DNA of 63,333 bases, the filler included, from Octopus bimaculoides (Eukaryota): assembly GCF_001194135.2 (NCBI RefSeq). It is 7 parts of 6 records of this genome, joined end to end, with 100 filler letters (N's around TTAATTAATTAA, not from the genome) between each part and the next. Parts side by side here need not be neighbours in the genome. Positions count along the whole stretch, not along the records: positions 3,249 to 21,874 come from NC_068987.1; positions 21,975 to 28,118 come from NC_068983.1; positions 28,219 to 51,934 come from NC_068994.1; 4 more parts are not named here. One strand, given 5' to 3'. This document shows positions 14,777-28,459 of the stretch, one piece after another. The translations under genes were made by a program, and so were the position numbers. The notes below the pieces were generated by a model that had not been told where the DNA came from, did not search any database, and saw only the letters and a list, made by a program, of their open reading frames with translations. The number at the start of each line of letters is the position of its first letter. Position 1 is the stretch's first letter.

Positions 14777-14872
14777 ATATTTATATTCCACTCTATAAGA
14801 AGTTTCCGTTCTACAATATTCTTAGAGGAATATTGTAGAACAGACACTTTTTATAGAATAGAATTTAAATAC
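14777..14872. repeat. ~96-bp imperfect palindrome
   Basis: Perfect core GTTCTACAATATTC-TTAGAG-GAATATTGTAGAAC with imperfect outer arms. Confidence 0.8.
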
Positions 14873-15173
14873 TAATCTCTATAGAAATTTATTGTTTTAA
14901 GAAATCATTGACTTTTGATAACTTCTAATTTTTGCGAGTAACTTCTGAGCACGAGTCAGGCGGGTGTAAACAATATCGAGAGAACGTCATCTACGAATGA
15001 TATTTGTTTTGACACAGGGCAACTATAAGACAACCACCAGGCAATGAACGAAAATAAATTACCTGCGACCAGGGTGAATACAAGAGGCCCGATTTATTGC
15101 CTGCAACTATTTGCTTGCACTCAATGTTGGCAGAAATTAAATCAGCTTGCAAATACACGTTCACTTTATTAAT

Positions 15174-15216
<43 letters not shown>

Positions 15217-17865
15217 NNNNNNNNNNNNNNNNNNNNNNNNNNNNNNNNNNNNNNNNNNNNNNNNNNNNNNNNNNNNNNNNNNNNNNNNNNNNNNNNNNNN
15301 NNNNNNNNNNNNNNNNNNNNNNNNNNNNNNNNNNNNNNNNNNNNNNNNNNNNNNNNNNNNNNNNNNNNNNNNNNNNNNNNNNNNNNNNNNNNNNNNNNNN
15401 NNNNNNNNNNNNNNNNNNNNNNNNNNNNNNNNNNNNNNNNNNNNNNNNNNNNNNNNNNNNNNNNNNNNNNNNNNNNNNNNNNNNNNNNNNNNNNNNNNNN
15501 NNNNNNNNNNNNNNNNNNNNATATATATATATATATACATGCATGTATGGACGTATAAAGTAATTCACTAGTTATTAATTCAATTATTTCATTAAACCAC
15601 TACCTTCAGGCATTAGTGTAAACTGCGCTGTAAGGTCTTTAATTTGCTTAGCAGAAGCAAAGCCTGATTTAAATTCTTCCCCTTCATCTAATTTTTTAAA
15701 AATTATCCTCCATTACGTTATAGATGGCATCATTTTTTTCTGCTTTAATACAATTAACTACATTATAATTATTCTACGTTATGAATCCTTTAACTCAATA
15801 ATTGTTTTTATTATGTTATGCTTCACTGGTAGTTGTTGCAAGAGATTCACTATTTGTTTTTTTTTTTTCTTCATTTGTAATATGATTTTCGGTACTTGGA
15901 GGCGACGGTGGAGATTTAGCTATCATTCTTTTAGTGATGTGTGTGGAGTGATAGAGGACGTTTGCAGTGAGAACGATGCTCGGGCACTTGTAGTAACGTA
16001 GCAAGCTGCGCTATGTTATTGGTGATGATGTAGAATTGATATTCTAGATATTACGCAATTCACCATGCGTTTGTTTTTGCCATTTCGATGGTTAAAAATT
16101 TTTAATGATTTGCTGTATCTGTTGTAACTTTAGTATTGTAATAAAAGATGCGTTGGTATTTTACTAAAAGATACGTTTTGAATAGTATACTAGCTATTGA
16201 GCTTTATTATTTGTCTCTGTGTATTTATAACACTATAAGAGCTAACATCTTGTTGAGCTTAACTTGTATTTTCAATCTTCCTGGTTTTAGAAATTGAGGT
16301 ACAATTCTGGTACTCGGTTACATTTCATTGAATAATCATCTCACCATAAATTCCTGGAGATGTGCTTGTGTGAGAAGCAATTTTTAGTTTCGTTCCGGCA
16401 GTGGGAAAAATAACTCGCACAATTTCTTGCGTATGTTGAAAGTGATGGACTCAGACAACGCAGACATGTCTTGTATTTAACTACTCTTTATATTCCAGTT
16501 TCAAGTTTAATAATTTCAATTCCTTTCTTCATCTCTTTGGTGTCTATAAAATAGATCTCTATTGAAATAAAGGATTCGACAAAATTAAGTAACCTACCCT
16601 CTCCTCTAAATTGCTCAGCTTTCAATTATATTAGAAACATTTTTTTTTTGCCATTTTATGCTTCGGTTAAAATCGTACCGAAGCCTACTTTGTTGATCAA
16701 ATATCCAGGGTCGGTAATATGAAGAACTAGTCAAGTACTGAAGTTATTGCTATTGAGAATCTACACTCTTTATATTTCTTACATTATATCCGTATTTAAA
16801 AGCATTATTAACGTAGGTGTGAGGTTGATAGACATTTTTATATTTTGTCTATAGGTGATATTAAAATGTTTAGTGAAGCTAGAGCAAGATCAGGCGAACA
16901 CTTTATAACGCTCTTTTCATTACTTGACAACAATTCTGAACAGATCTGTGATCCATGTTTTCTTTCCACGGCTTACAATTCTTCTATTATATTTAGAAGA
17001 AACTATAAGGTGGTGAACTCACAGAACTCTTAGCATACCGGGGAAAAAGCTTTGATGACTTTCGTCAGTTATTATTTTTTCAAAGACCACCGTGGTCGAT
17101 TTTGCTGTTCCTCTCCATCCTCTCAATTTCATGCCTCATGTCTATTGTAAGAAGGATTATTAACGTGCAACATATATAAGGTTACATGCCCATATGTGTC
17201 ATTGGTTACTTTATGATATTATGTTGTAATCAATTGCAAATCTATTCACTTAGTTTATATTTAGTTAAATGATTTTGTGAATGAATTAAATGAGATGTTG
17301 CTGTTTATAGGCTACACGCCATTACTAAAAGAGCAGATCTCTGAATATTAGTGAGCTTGCCATATGAAATAACTATGCAAGAAAAAACATTTTCACAAAT
17401 ATTAACAACTGTACCGAGTATTGTCTTGGTAGTTTAGCAGACGTAAATAGTTACCTACCTGCCTGCCTGCCTTCTTATATATATGTATATATATATATAT
17501 ATATATATNNNNNNNNNNNNNNNNNNNNNNNNNNNNNNNNNNNNNNNNNNNNNNNNNNNNNNNNNNNNNNNNNNNNNNNNNNNNNNNNNNNNNNNNNNNN
17601 NNNNNNNNNNNNNNNNNNNNNNNNNNNNNNNNNNNNNNNNNNNNNNNNNNNNNNNNNNNNNNNNNNNNNNNNNNNNNNNNNNNNNNNNNNNNNNNNNNNN
17701 NNNNNNNNNNNNNNNNNNNNNNNNNNNNNNNNNNNNNNNNNNNNNNNNNNNNNNNNNNNNNNNNNNNNNNNNNNNNNNNNNNNNNNNNNNNNNNNNNNNN
17801 NNNNNNNNNNNNNNNNNNNNNNNNNNNNNNNNNNNNNNNNNNNNNNNNNNNNNNNNNNNNNNNNN

Positions 17866-19400
17866 NGTTACAGGGAGAAGAGTTTTAATTCTTTAAGCCT
17901 TTCCCAGTAGCTTTCATATTGCATCGAGACTATTTTCTTAGTGTAGCTTCGTCGAATTGCTTCGAGTTACGCCGTGATTGTTTTCGTATGTGGGGACCAT
18001 ATTGTTGGGAGCAAGAGTCTAAGCGGCTGAGAACGTATCTCCTCCAACAGGTCATCAACGTTTCCCTTTTCTCTTGTTTTGAACGTTCGGAGGATCTATC
18101 CAACCAGCCGTCTTCATTTTATTATCAAATTGTTAATATGCACTTGAAAAGATGCATCATTGTTCATCTCAATGCCCAGGGCACGCACTGACTTTGATTC
18201 AAGGATTTCAATATCTCCTGGGCCAGTATATCCTGTCTTCATGCCATTTAGTTGTGTGTGCTTGTAGCGTGGAATCTGGAATTTCCCTGCATTAAACTGC
18301 ATGTTTTTGTCCTCAGCCCACCTGTATATTGCGTCCAACTCCTGTTGCAATGGTGCAATATTTCCAGGATTTTGTATTGTCTGAGAGACTTTTGTGGCAT
18401 CTGCATAGCTAGTAAGGGTGGCTATCTGAACAACCGAGGGCATATCCGAGAAGGCCACTATGAACAGCAGTGACCAGAATACAGTGCCCTGTTGAACGCT
18501 ACTTGCTATTTGCGTTTCGTTGTAGATGGCTCCATTGGCCACTACTACCTGATGTCTATCCTTTAGAAAGTTGTGCAGCCATTTTCCACATATGCCGGGA
18601 TCGCGCAGTGTGTGACATATCATACCATGATCAACTTTATCATAGGCTTTTGCAAAATCGAGATATATCACATCTACGCTGGAGTCATTCAGTAGCTGTT
18701 TTCACACCCAGTTGTAGTGTTGCTGGAGCTGTGTCAGACAGCTTCTACCTGAACGAAATGAATGCTGGGTGTCAGTCAGGAAGTCATTTTCTTCTAAGAA
18801 AGTGATTAGTTTCTTACGCACTATTCGTTCCATGATTTTAGCTATGTCTAAGGACAGAGAGATAGGCGTATAATGTTTAGCATCTGCTCTGCTTCTTCCC
18901 TTATAGATAGGGCATATTATCCTTTCCTTCAGTTTGATGGCGAGCTTATCACTTGCAAGGAAGCTCTGTAAGAGAAGCTGCAGTGGTTTTGTAAGAGCTC
19001 GCTTGCTGGAAACTCATCCGGGCCAGCCGTTGAGTTTGTGTCAACCTCATCTATGGCCATTAGTACATCTTCTTCAATGTTTATGTACTCAATTTTTTTT
19101 TAACCTCTTTGATTTTAGGTAATGTGACAAAGAATTACATTCCACTGGTTTGCCCACTTGCCTGTGTTCCAGCGGTGTAGAAGACACACTTTGGAACTGT
19201 TCGTTCAGTATTTCACTTACCCTGTATTTCCCAGTTTCCTGTGAGGGAGACATCTATTTGGAAGAGGGGTCCTATCTTGTGGCGTATTGAGGCTGTTTCT
19301 TTGGCAAACTTTAAAAAGCTTTAGGGTTTGGCTTGATATTTTCTTTAACCCAAGCTTCTTTGTTTGCTCTCTCCCTTTCATGAGAGTGATGCAGACATTT
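17866..19400 (-). mobile_element. CR1/L2-group LINE ORF2 relic (reverse transcriptase)
   Basis: QHSFRSGRSCLTQL, IYLDFAKAYDKVDH, SSVQQGTV...LLF, SYADATK and WSPH...YWERLKELKLFSL; stops and frameshifts present. Confidence 0.92.
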
Positions 19401-20226
19401 CTCAATTTCCAATAGCACGCTTGTCAGACGAGACTACTCGACACTTTTGGGATTGGATCGCGCAGTGTGTGACACATTTGTCACATATGGCTTGTATTAT
19501 GGACATGAAATGTTTGTATTTCATGTCAATGTCTGGTGTTGAGAGACATTTACACATATATATTTCATATATATGTATGCATGTATAAGTATTTGACATG
19601 GTTTCCTGACTGAGGAATTTTCAATAAAAATTCATTATTAGACCATGTAAGAACGTTACCTGTCTGAAGTAACACGCAATGCGATAGAACCCGACTCCAG
19701 ATGATTACGAAGTAAACTTGTTAAGCACATGTTAATGACTGAACAAATACATGCTAGATATGTGTGTATACATAAAACCTTCTGCGTCTGTTCGTATTCA
19801 ATGGTTTGGTATGTTTTGTTGTATGGGCAACTGTGTGTAGGCTGCCTATCTCTGAATAAAGTGGTTTCCTCTATAATGGGAAAAGAAAATATCATCTGCA
19901 CAGTCTTAATTTCCTTGTTTCTGCTTTTGCCATTTGCATAAGTCTCCTCCTTGACACATCTATTTAGATACTTCAATCTATTATTATTATAGAAATGTAA
20001 TCAGCAGGACAGCACGCTCACATAGAAGCGCTTAATAGTTTTAGGAACTTCATCAAAACACTCAAAACTAATTATATAATATTACATTAAAATTTCCTTT
20101 CCTTTTAATTCTCTAATATCAAGCCAACAAAATACAACCGAATTCACAAGTAGTTAATAAGTAGTAAGTCATTTAGAAATTTCTGTGGAACTGTTTCCAT
20201 TGATGTAAGAACATTTATTTAATTAT

Positions 20227-20608
20227 GAGCAGGCATGGCTGTATGGTGAGAAATTTACTTCCTCAACGACATGTTTCCGAGTTCAGTTTCATTGCTTGGC
20301 ACCTTGCACAAACATCTTCTACTATAGCCTCGGACTGACCAAAACCCTCTCAGTAGATTGGTAGATGGAAACAGAATGACGCCCGTCATATACATATATG
20401 TAAACATATGAGTCTAAGTCCGCGTGTCCGCGCGTGTGTGCTTATGTGCATGTGTACGTGCGCGCATGTATATCTTGGTGTGTTAACGTCCCCGTAACTT
20501 AGTGACTCGGCAAATGTGACTTAGATAAAAATAAATACAGGAGTAGATTTCATTCTTCAAGGTTGTGCCCCAGATAAACCGCAGACTAATTACCGAAAAA
20601 GATCACTT
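20227..20608 (+). mobile_element. Degenerate full-length composite SINE family B: tRNA-like head, internal microsatellite and 3' module
   Basis: GGCTGTATGG head, GCACCTTGCACAAAC/CTACTATAGCCTCGG body, (TG/TA)n tract, then the GGTGTGTTAACGTCCCCGTAACTTAG 3' module. Confidence 0.75.
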
Positions 20609-23179
20609 AAATTTACAGTACTTAATGTCCATATTTAATTTTATGAAAGTTCCCAAACAACAAGTTAACGATTATCGAAAATACATATCTGGAGTAGGAA
20701 CATATTTACATGTAATGGAAAGAAGTGATTGCTGACTTGTGGTCGCAACACTAACAATCAGTGACAAGATTGAAATAAGTGTAACATTGAATTCATCGTA
20801 TTTGGATACCTTTTGCATGATTATTGAACAATTTTGTCAGAGATTAAACTGTAATAAAATCTTTCCCGTAGAATATATTATTGAACAAGCTTTAGATTAA
20901 GTGAGAGGGATAAATTTCAAAGCACTCCTTACCTCAATGACCAACATCTACATGATTCTGAATATTAAAACCTGGCAAAGCCGGAAGTTACCCTGGACTC
21001 AATCCTTTCTCCCTACGCCACAAATGCTATCGAAAGGAAAATCCAAAGCCTTAGCACAATAGGGCACTCAGCAACGATCAGCACAAGTATTGATTTCAGT
21101 ACGCAAATTGCGGTTAAAATTCCATATGACATGTTTCCAAACGATTTAAATGTTTCAACAGGCCACAATCCAACATAAATATTCTATTTTGAAGATGAAT
21201 GAATAGAAGTTTAAGATGCACCAGAGGATATTTGAAATAAAAGCACTGAGAAACAGAACAAATACTGTAGGGCATTGTACTCAACACTCTAGCAACTCGG
21301 CTATTTCGTAGCTTTCAGAAATCTATTTCTATTTTGTGTTACTGAAATTGATATGTATTCCTGTCAACAATTTGGCTTTCACCATTTAGGAGTGTTGCAA
21401 TTGAAAAAGTTCCCATAAGTGTTATATCGTATTTCTTACACGATGGGAGACCTTTATTCTCCTACATTCCATCTCTTGAGATCGAACTCTATAAGATTCA
21501 AAATTACATTGGTGCAAATATAAAAGATGTTTCACTGATGCAAGGAAGGTAACAAACAGTAAACTCTAGTGTACATGTTCATTAAATATTTTCGTAAATA
21601 TCTGTCGTGTCCGTCTTTTGAACCTGGAGAACCGGATATTTATAGGCAAAGTGATTCATCGTTTACATTTCTTGTACAATATAATTGAATATTGAGGGAA
21701 ATCTCCCGCTGCGATTGCTATAATGTTCATTAAGTATTGTCACCGAAAATAAAGAAGTGCTAATACATTGCACATGTAGAAACAGTAGTTATCGCCGATA
21801 GACATGAAATATCTTCTCTATCACTTCAGTAAATCTCTCGCCTATACAGGTATGTATATATATATACATACATANNNNNNNNNNNNNNNNNNNNNNNNNN
21901 NNNNNNNNNNNNNNNNNNTTAATTAATTAANNNNNNNNNNNNNNNNNNNNNNNNNNNNNNNNNNNNNNNNNNNNTTCTTGTTGATAAGTCTGTATGATAT
22001 GTGCTTCTTGTTTGTATTTTCAATAATTGCTTTTGGTATGTGTATTTGTACAGTGTCACCTTCTTTCGTGAGAAGGGATTTTGTGTCATTGATTTGTTTT
22101 TGGGTGAATGTTAATATTGTTCTTTTTTCTTTCGTTGCATCGGCAAAATTTGTTTTTGTGATGCTGGCAGATATGTTGTTTGTGGCGTTTGTGGTGTTGT
22201 TTATCTTGTTCGTCTTGTAGTTGTTGAAATTTATCTCAAACGTATAATTGTGGATTTCAAAGCGAATAATGTTATCAATAAGGATAAACTGAAATCCCAT
22301 CTACAATCATAGATTGTTTATGAAAGTAACGATTTAATAAACTAAATATTCGGATCTCGAAGGAGTTCATATGTGTTATATGATTATTACTGATATATCG
22401 GCCGGATTACTTCAAAATACTTCTCCGTTTTCTAGTCGTCCCTAATAAATTTCACCAATGTATAATGAAAACTGATCAATTTATATGCTACAATTGAGAT
22501 GAGATTGTCGGTACGAGGTTGCAAATTCAGATATAATTTTATTGATAATGTGATACGCGACTAAATTAACACGTTTATACCTCATCAAAAAGTAAACTGA
22601 ACCTGTCTTCCCGGTGAAAATCCATCGCACGATAAATTTGCGCAAAAAGCGTTGAACAAATACTTGGTGATGAAATGACCTCGACCATGATGTTTATGAT
22701 ATTTCTATGGCGGATTTCAGCGAGGTCGACTTTGCCTTTCATATATTCGGAGTCGATGAAATTAGTACCAGTTGAGTCTTGTAATCGATTAGACTCTCTT
22801 CCCCAGAAGAACTCAAGGTTTGTGTCATTAGAAGAATAGTTTTAAATGGTATTTCTTTAATTTCATCGAATTATGTTCAAAATAATAAATATGAAGTTAC
22901 TGGGACAATGATACAAATAAAGATTCCTAATCGAGAACTGTGCTGGTGCTACATATATAGATGTTTTTGAGTGCATCCAAATGTCACTCAATCGATTTGT
23001 TTGAAGTCATATACTCTGCAAACATAACCCACAAACCTGTTTGTTTGTTTGTTTGTTTGTTTGTTTGTTTCTTTCTTTCTTTTTCTCCCCCCTCTCTCTC
23101 TCTTTGCATTTTCTGTCAATCTACAGTAACCTACGCTTTTTGGAGTTTGTTTGTTGCCTACAACTTTTATTCAAAACTC

Positions 23180-23350
23180 CCAACTCACTCACCCTTACGT
23201 GTATTACATCCACTGTCCCATGTTCTGTACTAACAACTACACCCATTTCTTCCTCCCGTAACGCTATGATCTTACCTGAAATTCTTTTCCCCGTGAGCTT
23301 ACTTTTCCTTCAGCCATCGACTCCAACCTTTCAAGAGAAAAATTAACTGT
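23180..23350 (+). mobile_element. CR1/L2-group LINE ORF2 3' end relic
   Basis: Translates approximately THPY...CTNNYTHFFLP*RYDL.NSFPRELTFPSAIDSNLSR, which resembles the RT(N)...FFPR...WNSLP C-terminus. Confidence 0.5.
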
Positions 23351-24317
23351 GTCTATCTTACTGTCCTGTGAAAATGCCCTAGGTATAACTCCTTTGTTCC
23401 AGACCGAATCGATAAGAATAGTAGGGAGCAGGTCTAAAACTCTCCTAAGTTTAGTTATATTGCTTAAAATGCTTTCTTTTATTTCTATTTTGCTTGAACT
23501 CCATTTATCTATTGGGATAATTACTCATGAAATTATTTTCATCATGTAAATTTTAATACATTTTGCATAATATGACAGGTTTAAATTTATCATCTAAGTT
23601 TAAATTTCAACTTAAAATATTGAAGTATGAAAGCAAGAGCTGTATACTATTTCATATGAGAATAATTTCATTCAATGTAGAATAATTCCATTCAAAATGG
23701 GAATATTAAAAATGAGAATAAAAAATACAGTATTTTTGCTTTAATTATTTATGTATCACTAATAAACATATTTTTGCGTTATATCGTTCCATCATTGACA
23801 ATTAATTCATTAAGTTTATATATTATTTCCAAAATGCATATTACATTGTACATAATATGCTTTTGGGAAATATTATTAAAATGTTCATGGTTTACATGGT
23901 ATAAATAAGTTGCATAAATTCCATTAATCTGATAAATGTTTATTGGCAACTGACGTTGATGAAACTGTCTGGTATTTATTCATTTTAAGTCAATGTCCTC
24001 TGCTTCTATATTATCTGTCTTCGGTAAAAAAAAAAAACATACAAAAGTATATCACCGAGAAAGGGGCATTAGATATACATATCTATATGTATATGTTTAT
24101 CTTTAGAAAAATTAATTTATTCGAAAAAAATACTCTAAAACAAATGTAAATTTTTTATCTTTTGGTATTTCAGAGAAGAATCTAACTTACATAAATCGAA
24201 AGCATTTAGAAAAATTATTAAAGAAACAAATAATTTTATATTGTTTAAGATATTGGTTTTCTTAATGTACACTGTCTCATTCGTTCTTTAAAATTATTTT
24301 TCGATTCCGTTTTGTAG

Positions 24318-24474
24318 TTGTACGATTCTCGACATGCAATTCGAAAAGGAATTTTGGTCCCAAGCAGCAAATGTGCGATGCTGCTTATAAAGACACCAAA
24401 CTGGATTCAATTACTATACATCCATCAATGCCAGGCGTTCAAGTTTGGACTGTTCCCAGAACTGGAGAATACAG
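24318..24474 (+). CDS. ALK: ALK/LTK-family receptor extracellular (TNF-like/glycine-rich region) exon, 157 nt, phase 1-2
   Basis: ttttgtag|TTGTACGA...GAATACAG|gtaaac translates (V)VRFSTCNSKRNFGPKQQMCDAAYKDTKLDSITIHPSMPGVQVWTVPRTGEY(R). This fits the ALK/LTK pattern FxTC...GPxQxxCxxAY...G(I/V)QxWxVPxxxxY. Only one exon is visible, so orthology versus an ALK-like domain protein is unresolved. Confidence 0.8.
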
Positions 24475-25739
24475 GTAAACGAAAAAAAAATTTTTAAGCA
24501 AATAATGCATATTAGAGTATTTCAGCTATCTCCTTTAAGTCAGAATGATTTCCATAAACTATTACTGCTCGATATTGCAAAGAGCCAATTTATCGCCGTC
24601 AATGCGATATGGTCAGTGCTATTCCTTTAATACTACAGTACTTTCAGAAACAGACTTTTAAGTAGTAGTATTTTACAAATTGTAACCATTGCTCTGAATG
24701 CTTGATGCACTGAAATTAAATATTCATAGTATTTACTTACAGAAAAGTATATTGAGTGTAAATGCTTTAAATATGAACTTACTGTAGTGCACACAACAAC
24801 AGTAATTTTCTGAAGCAATAATGACTAAAAATATGCGGTATTCTTCATAGCATTGTCATTAATTTCATGGTTAAGATATTTGTATATTAGTGAGTAATCC
24901 AAATGTAAAGATTAATATTGTGTTTTTGAGCAAGCGTTCATTTCTACTACTTGCGTCTTGTCTTTCTTGATATTAAATTTTATTCCATCTTGGAATGATT
25001 CCTGACAGCCTGGTGACTCATCAAATAAAATTCTTATCTTAACCGCTTAACACTGTAGAATGAAAGCATTACATCTGACTTTAAAGTCTTAATGGGGTAG
25101 GTATTTACACTTTCTAGGATTACACGACTCCTACAAAGTGATGCAAATACATATATAGAATTAGTTGTATCTTGGGAGAGTCATTATGTCAATAACAATC
25201 ACAAGCACTAGTTTCTATTTCACTTCTTTTATAATTATTAGTCAAATCGTTAACACTTAGGTGACTTAATCGAGACAAATCTGAACCAGATCTAGATTAG
25301 AGAGCACGTGTCATTGACGAGGTCGCGAATAGCACTGAAAGGATTCACCAAGCTGACTGACTGACCTAACAATTAATCAAGCAATTGATTACTTAATTGC
25401 TTAAATAGATAACGAATTGACTGAATATAATTTTAAAATTTAATATAACTACTGCATGTGTTTATTAATGGAATAATGACGTCCCGACACCCATATACAA
25501 TAAAATCTGTTTCTGCACACGTGCTCAGATCAGGAATCTTGCAAACTAAATACAAAAACGAAATATGCAGTAGAACCTTAGCATCTGTTTCTGTTTAAAA
25601 CATGTGTACGTGTATTATTATGTTTTTCATGAGATGGACAACTTAGACAGTTTTCTTAATTCAAACACGCCTTAAATGAATAAATTGGTTTGTTGATGCC
25701 AAAGTCATAGAACAGCAAAGCCATCTAATGAAGTACCAC

Positions 25740-25910
25740 TTCCTCTAGGTCGGATATAACTTAAGGCTCACAGAAAACAGATGGAACGTGCAACTGTTGA
25801 GTGCTATCCAAACGATTGGAAGAGACCTTCAAGACGATAGGATAGGGATATAGTCAAACAATTAGGACCTAATTTGTGGAAGTGGATGATGCAATGAAGC
25901 GAAGACTGTA
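25740..25910 (+). mobile_element. RTE-like LINE 3' relic
   Basis: TENRW...VECYPNDWKRPSRR resembles the RTE C-terminal DxRWT..EWYP...KRPxGRP motif. Confidence 0.5.
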
Positions 25911-27851
25911 ATCTCATTGAGACAACCGATACATAAGGACATTTAATAGTCTGATAGCTAGAGCGAGAGAGTGATAGAGCGATGTATAACTGAAAACATA
26001 TTGTGGAAATATTCGTTTTACTTGCTAAGGTTGTATTTGCTTAATGGTACAAATACTTTCTTCACGCTCTTAATTTGATGGTCTTTTGTTATTATTATTG
26101 ACGTGTCTCTTCTTTCCTTACTCAATTTATGTCATCATTTGGTTGACATGGGCTTGCTGTTTCTCCCCCAAGATCACCGCTTCATCTCTTCCGTTTTTCG
26201 CTAGTGTCTGTCTTTTTGATCATGAGGCATTGCGCTTTCTGAAGTCTGCATTTCCAACCCAGTTGAATAAAACAAATTCGTACAAAGATACATGTTCAAG
26301 TACATTTGAACGTGGGAAATGGCTTTATTCTGAAAAAACAGTCCAGTGAGAAAAGATTTCCCTCTGTACATATGTGGAGACACGGACTGTTTATGACATC
26401 ATTGGATCATTAGATTCATGTGTCTGTTTTCTTGTACTTCGTCAGGTATGAACATAAAATCTGTCTGCTTAGATCAGCTGATCTCTCATTTTCTGTTTAT
26501 GAAGATAGTGTATATTGAGCTAATAATTTTGTTGTGTATTGAATTAATCTTCACTTGCGCATTTTTCATGAATTCTTCAAATTCATAAAATATACATCTC
26601 AATAAAAGGTGTATTTCATTAATTTGAGGAATTGTATAAATTTGTATACAACTTTTATACAAATTTATTGCAAAGATTGAAAAGTTGGAATAGCTGTAAT
26701 TTCGCTTCTGGTTAGATCCGATCGAGTAGACATGGATCCAGACCAAACAACACTGATCAGCTCATCTTTTTGCTTGATGATGATTACATTATTCTCTATG
26801 CTCTTTGATTTTAAGGCAGTGAGACATGATTTCAAAAGATTAGTGTGTTTTTTTTCTAGCTGATCAAACAACACATAGATGTTCCTTCGTTGGCTATGAG
26901 AGGAATGAGTCAACAGATGAACAGGCGAGTTAAAGCCTAACGTTATAAACTCTTGTACATTTAGGAGTTGCATTCAAATCCCACCGTATGAAGTGTTGAG
27001 GTAAACACAATAATCGTTTTTCCTTTGACCTGGTGTAGTGGATTCAATGTAATATCTATGTTGCAAGTCCAAAGTATTTCCCATATCTTTACATATTGGT
27101 TTAATGTGGGAACATCAAAGTGGTTGCTTGATTTGCTAGAATTAGTAAATTTACGTTGAATCACACCATTTTATGGAATAATGTACACCGTAGTTCTTTC
27201 GATAAACAATTGAAAGATCGTGGCGAGAATGCCTGTATCATAAATCATCTTGATCAGGGTTGACATCGGTTAAAAATATTCTTTCTGCTATAAAGAAAGG
27301 GCCTGGAATGTTGGAGAAATGTGAAGACGGTTGCTTCAAAACTAGTGCATGATTGGTACACTCTTATCGACTCTGAAAAGATGAAAGCAAAGCCGACCTC
27401 AGCGAAATTTCATTTCAGAATGCAATTTCGGACGAAACGCCGCTGAACATTTCGGCCGGCGCGGTAGCGATTCTGCTTGCTTATCGCCTTATTTTTGGTT
27501 AAAATTCTACAACATAACTTACAACAAGGACACACAGAAACCAAATCTAAAATCTTATATTAAAAAAGACATAACATTGAGTTTTCACGATGGAATATCG
27601 ATGTCGCAACGTATTGATCTCATCTAAAAAACTGAAATACTCTTAATCTCAGAAACTATCGCATTTAATCTCATTAGCTTTAGGTGTGTATGTTTTGTCA
27701 CGAGATATCTAATACACCAGTTCAATATTTTCTCCTTGAAATAAATATCATAATTATACAAATGAACACATACTCATACACGTATAAAAACTACATACAT
27801 GCATACGTACTTACATACATGCATACATACATACATACATACATACATACA

Positions 27852-27883
<32 letters not shown>

Positions 27884-27994
27884 CATACAAACACACACGC
27901 ACATAGACATATGCTTATGTGTGAATATATAGATGAATAAATACATATAAATCATAAATGTATATAACATCTCTCTCTCTCACTTTCTCTCTCA

Positions 27995-28028
<34 letters not shown>

Positions 28029-28406
28029 TTGCATATATGTCAATAACTGCACACACACACACACGCACACACACACACACACACATACATACATTTATAT
28101 ATATATGTATGCATATATNNNNNNNNNNNNNNNNNNNNNNNNNNNNNNNNNNNNNNNNNNNNTTAATTAATTAANNNNNNNNNNNNNNNNNNNNNNNNNN
28201 NNNNNNNNNNNNNNNNNNCCACCACCACCACCACCACCACCACCACTACAACAACAACAGATGCACGTCAATCCTTCCCACCAACTTTAGCTCCGCCACC
28301 GCCATTTTAGTTTTGTTTATTTTACCACCTTTAACAACTATTTTCATCTCATCCGTTTTTCCCCCCTCTCCCCTCTTATCATCAACGTTCATTTACTTCC
28401 GGCAGT

Positions 28407-28459
28407 GAAATTTTATGAAATTTTATGTAATTTTATGAAATTTTATGTAATTTTATGAA
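28407..28459. repeat. 10-bp tandem repeat (AAATTTTATG/TAATTTTATG) x5
   Basis: Direct inspection. Confidence 0.85.

Noticed and set aside
19660-19738. Minus-strand exon candidate VINMCLTSLLRNHLESGSIALRVTSDR
   Set aside because: No recognisable family and the donor is only moderate. Such candidates arise by chance.
26040-27170. Degenerate coding-like tract (considered piggyBac, Helitron, LINE)
   Set aside because: No diagnostic motif could be aligned with confidence.
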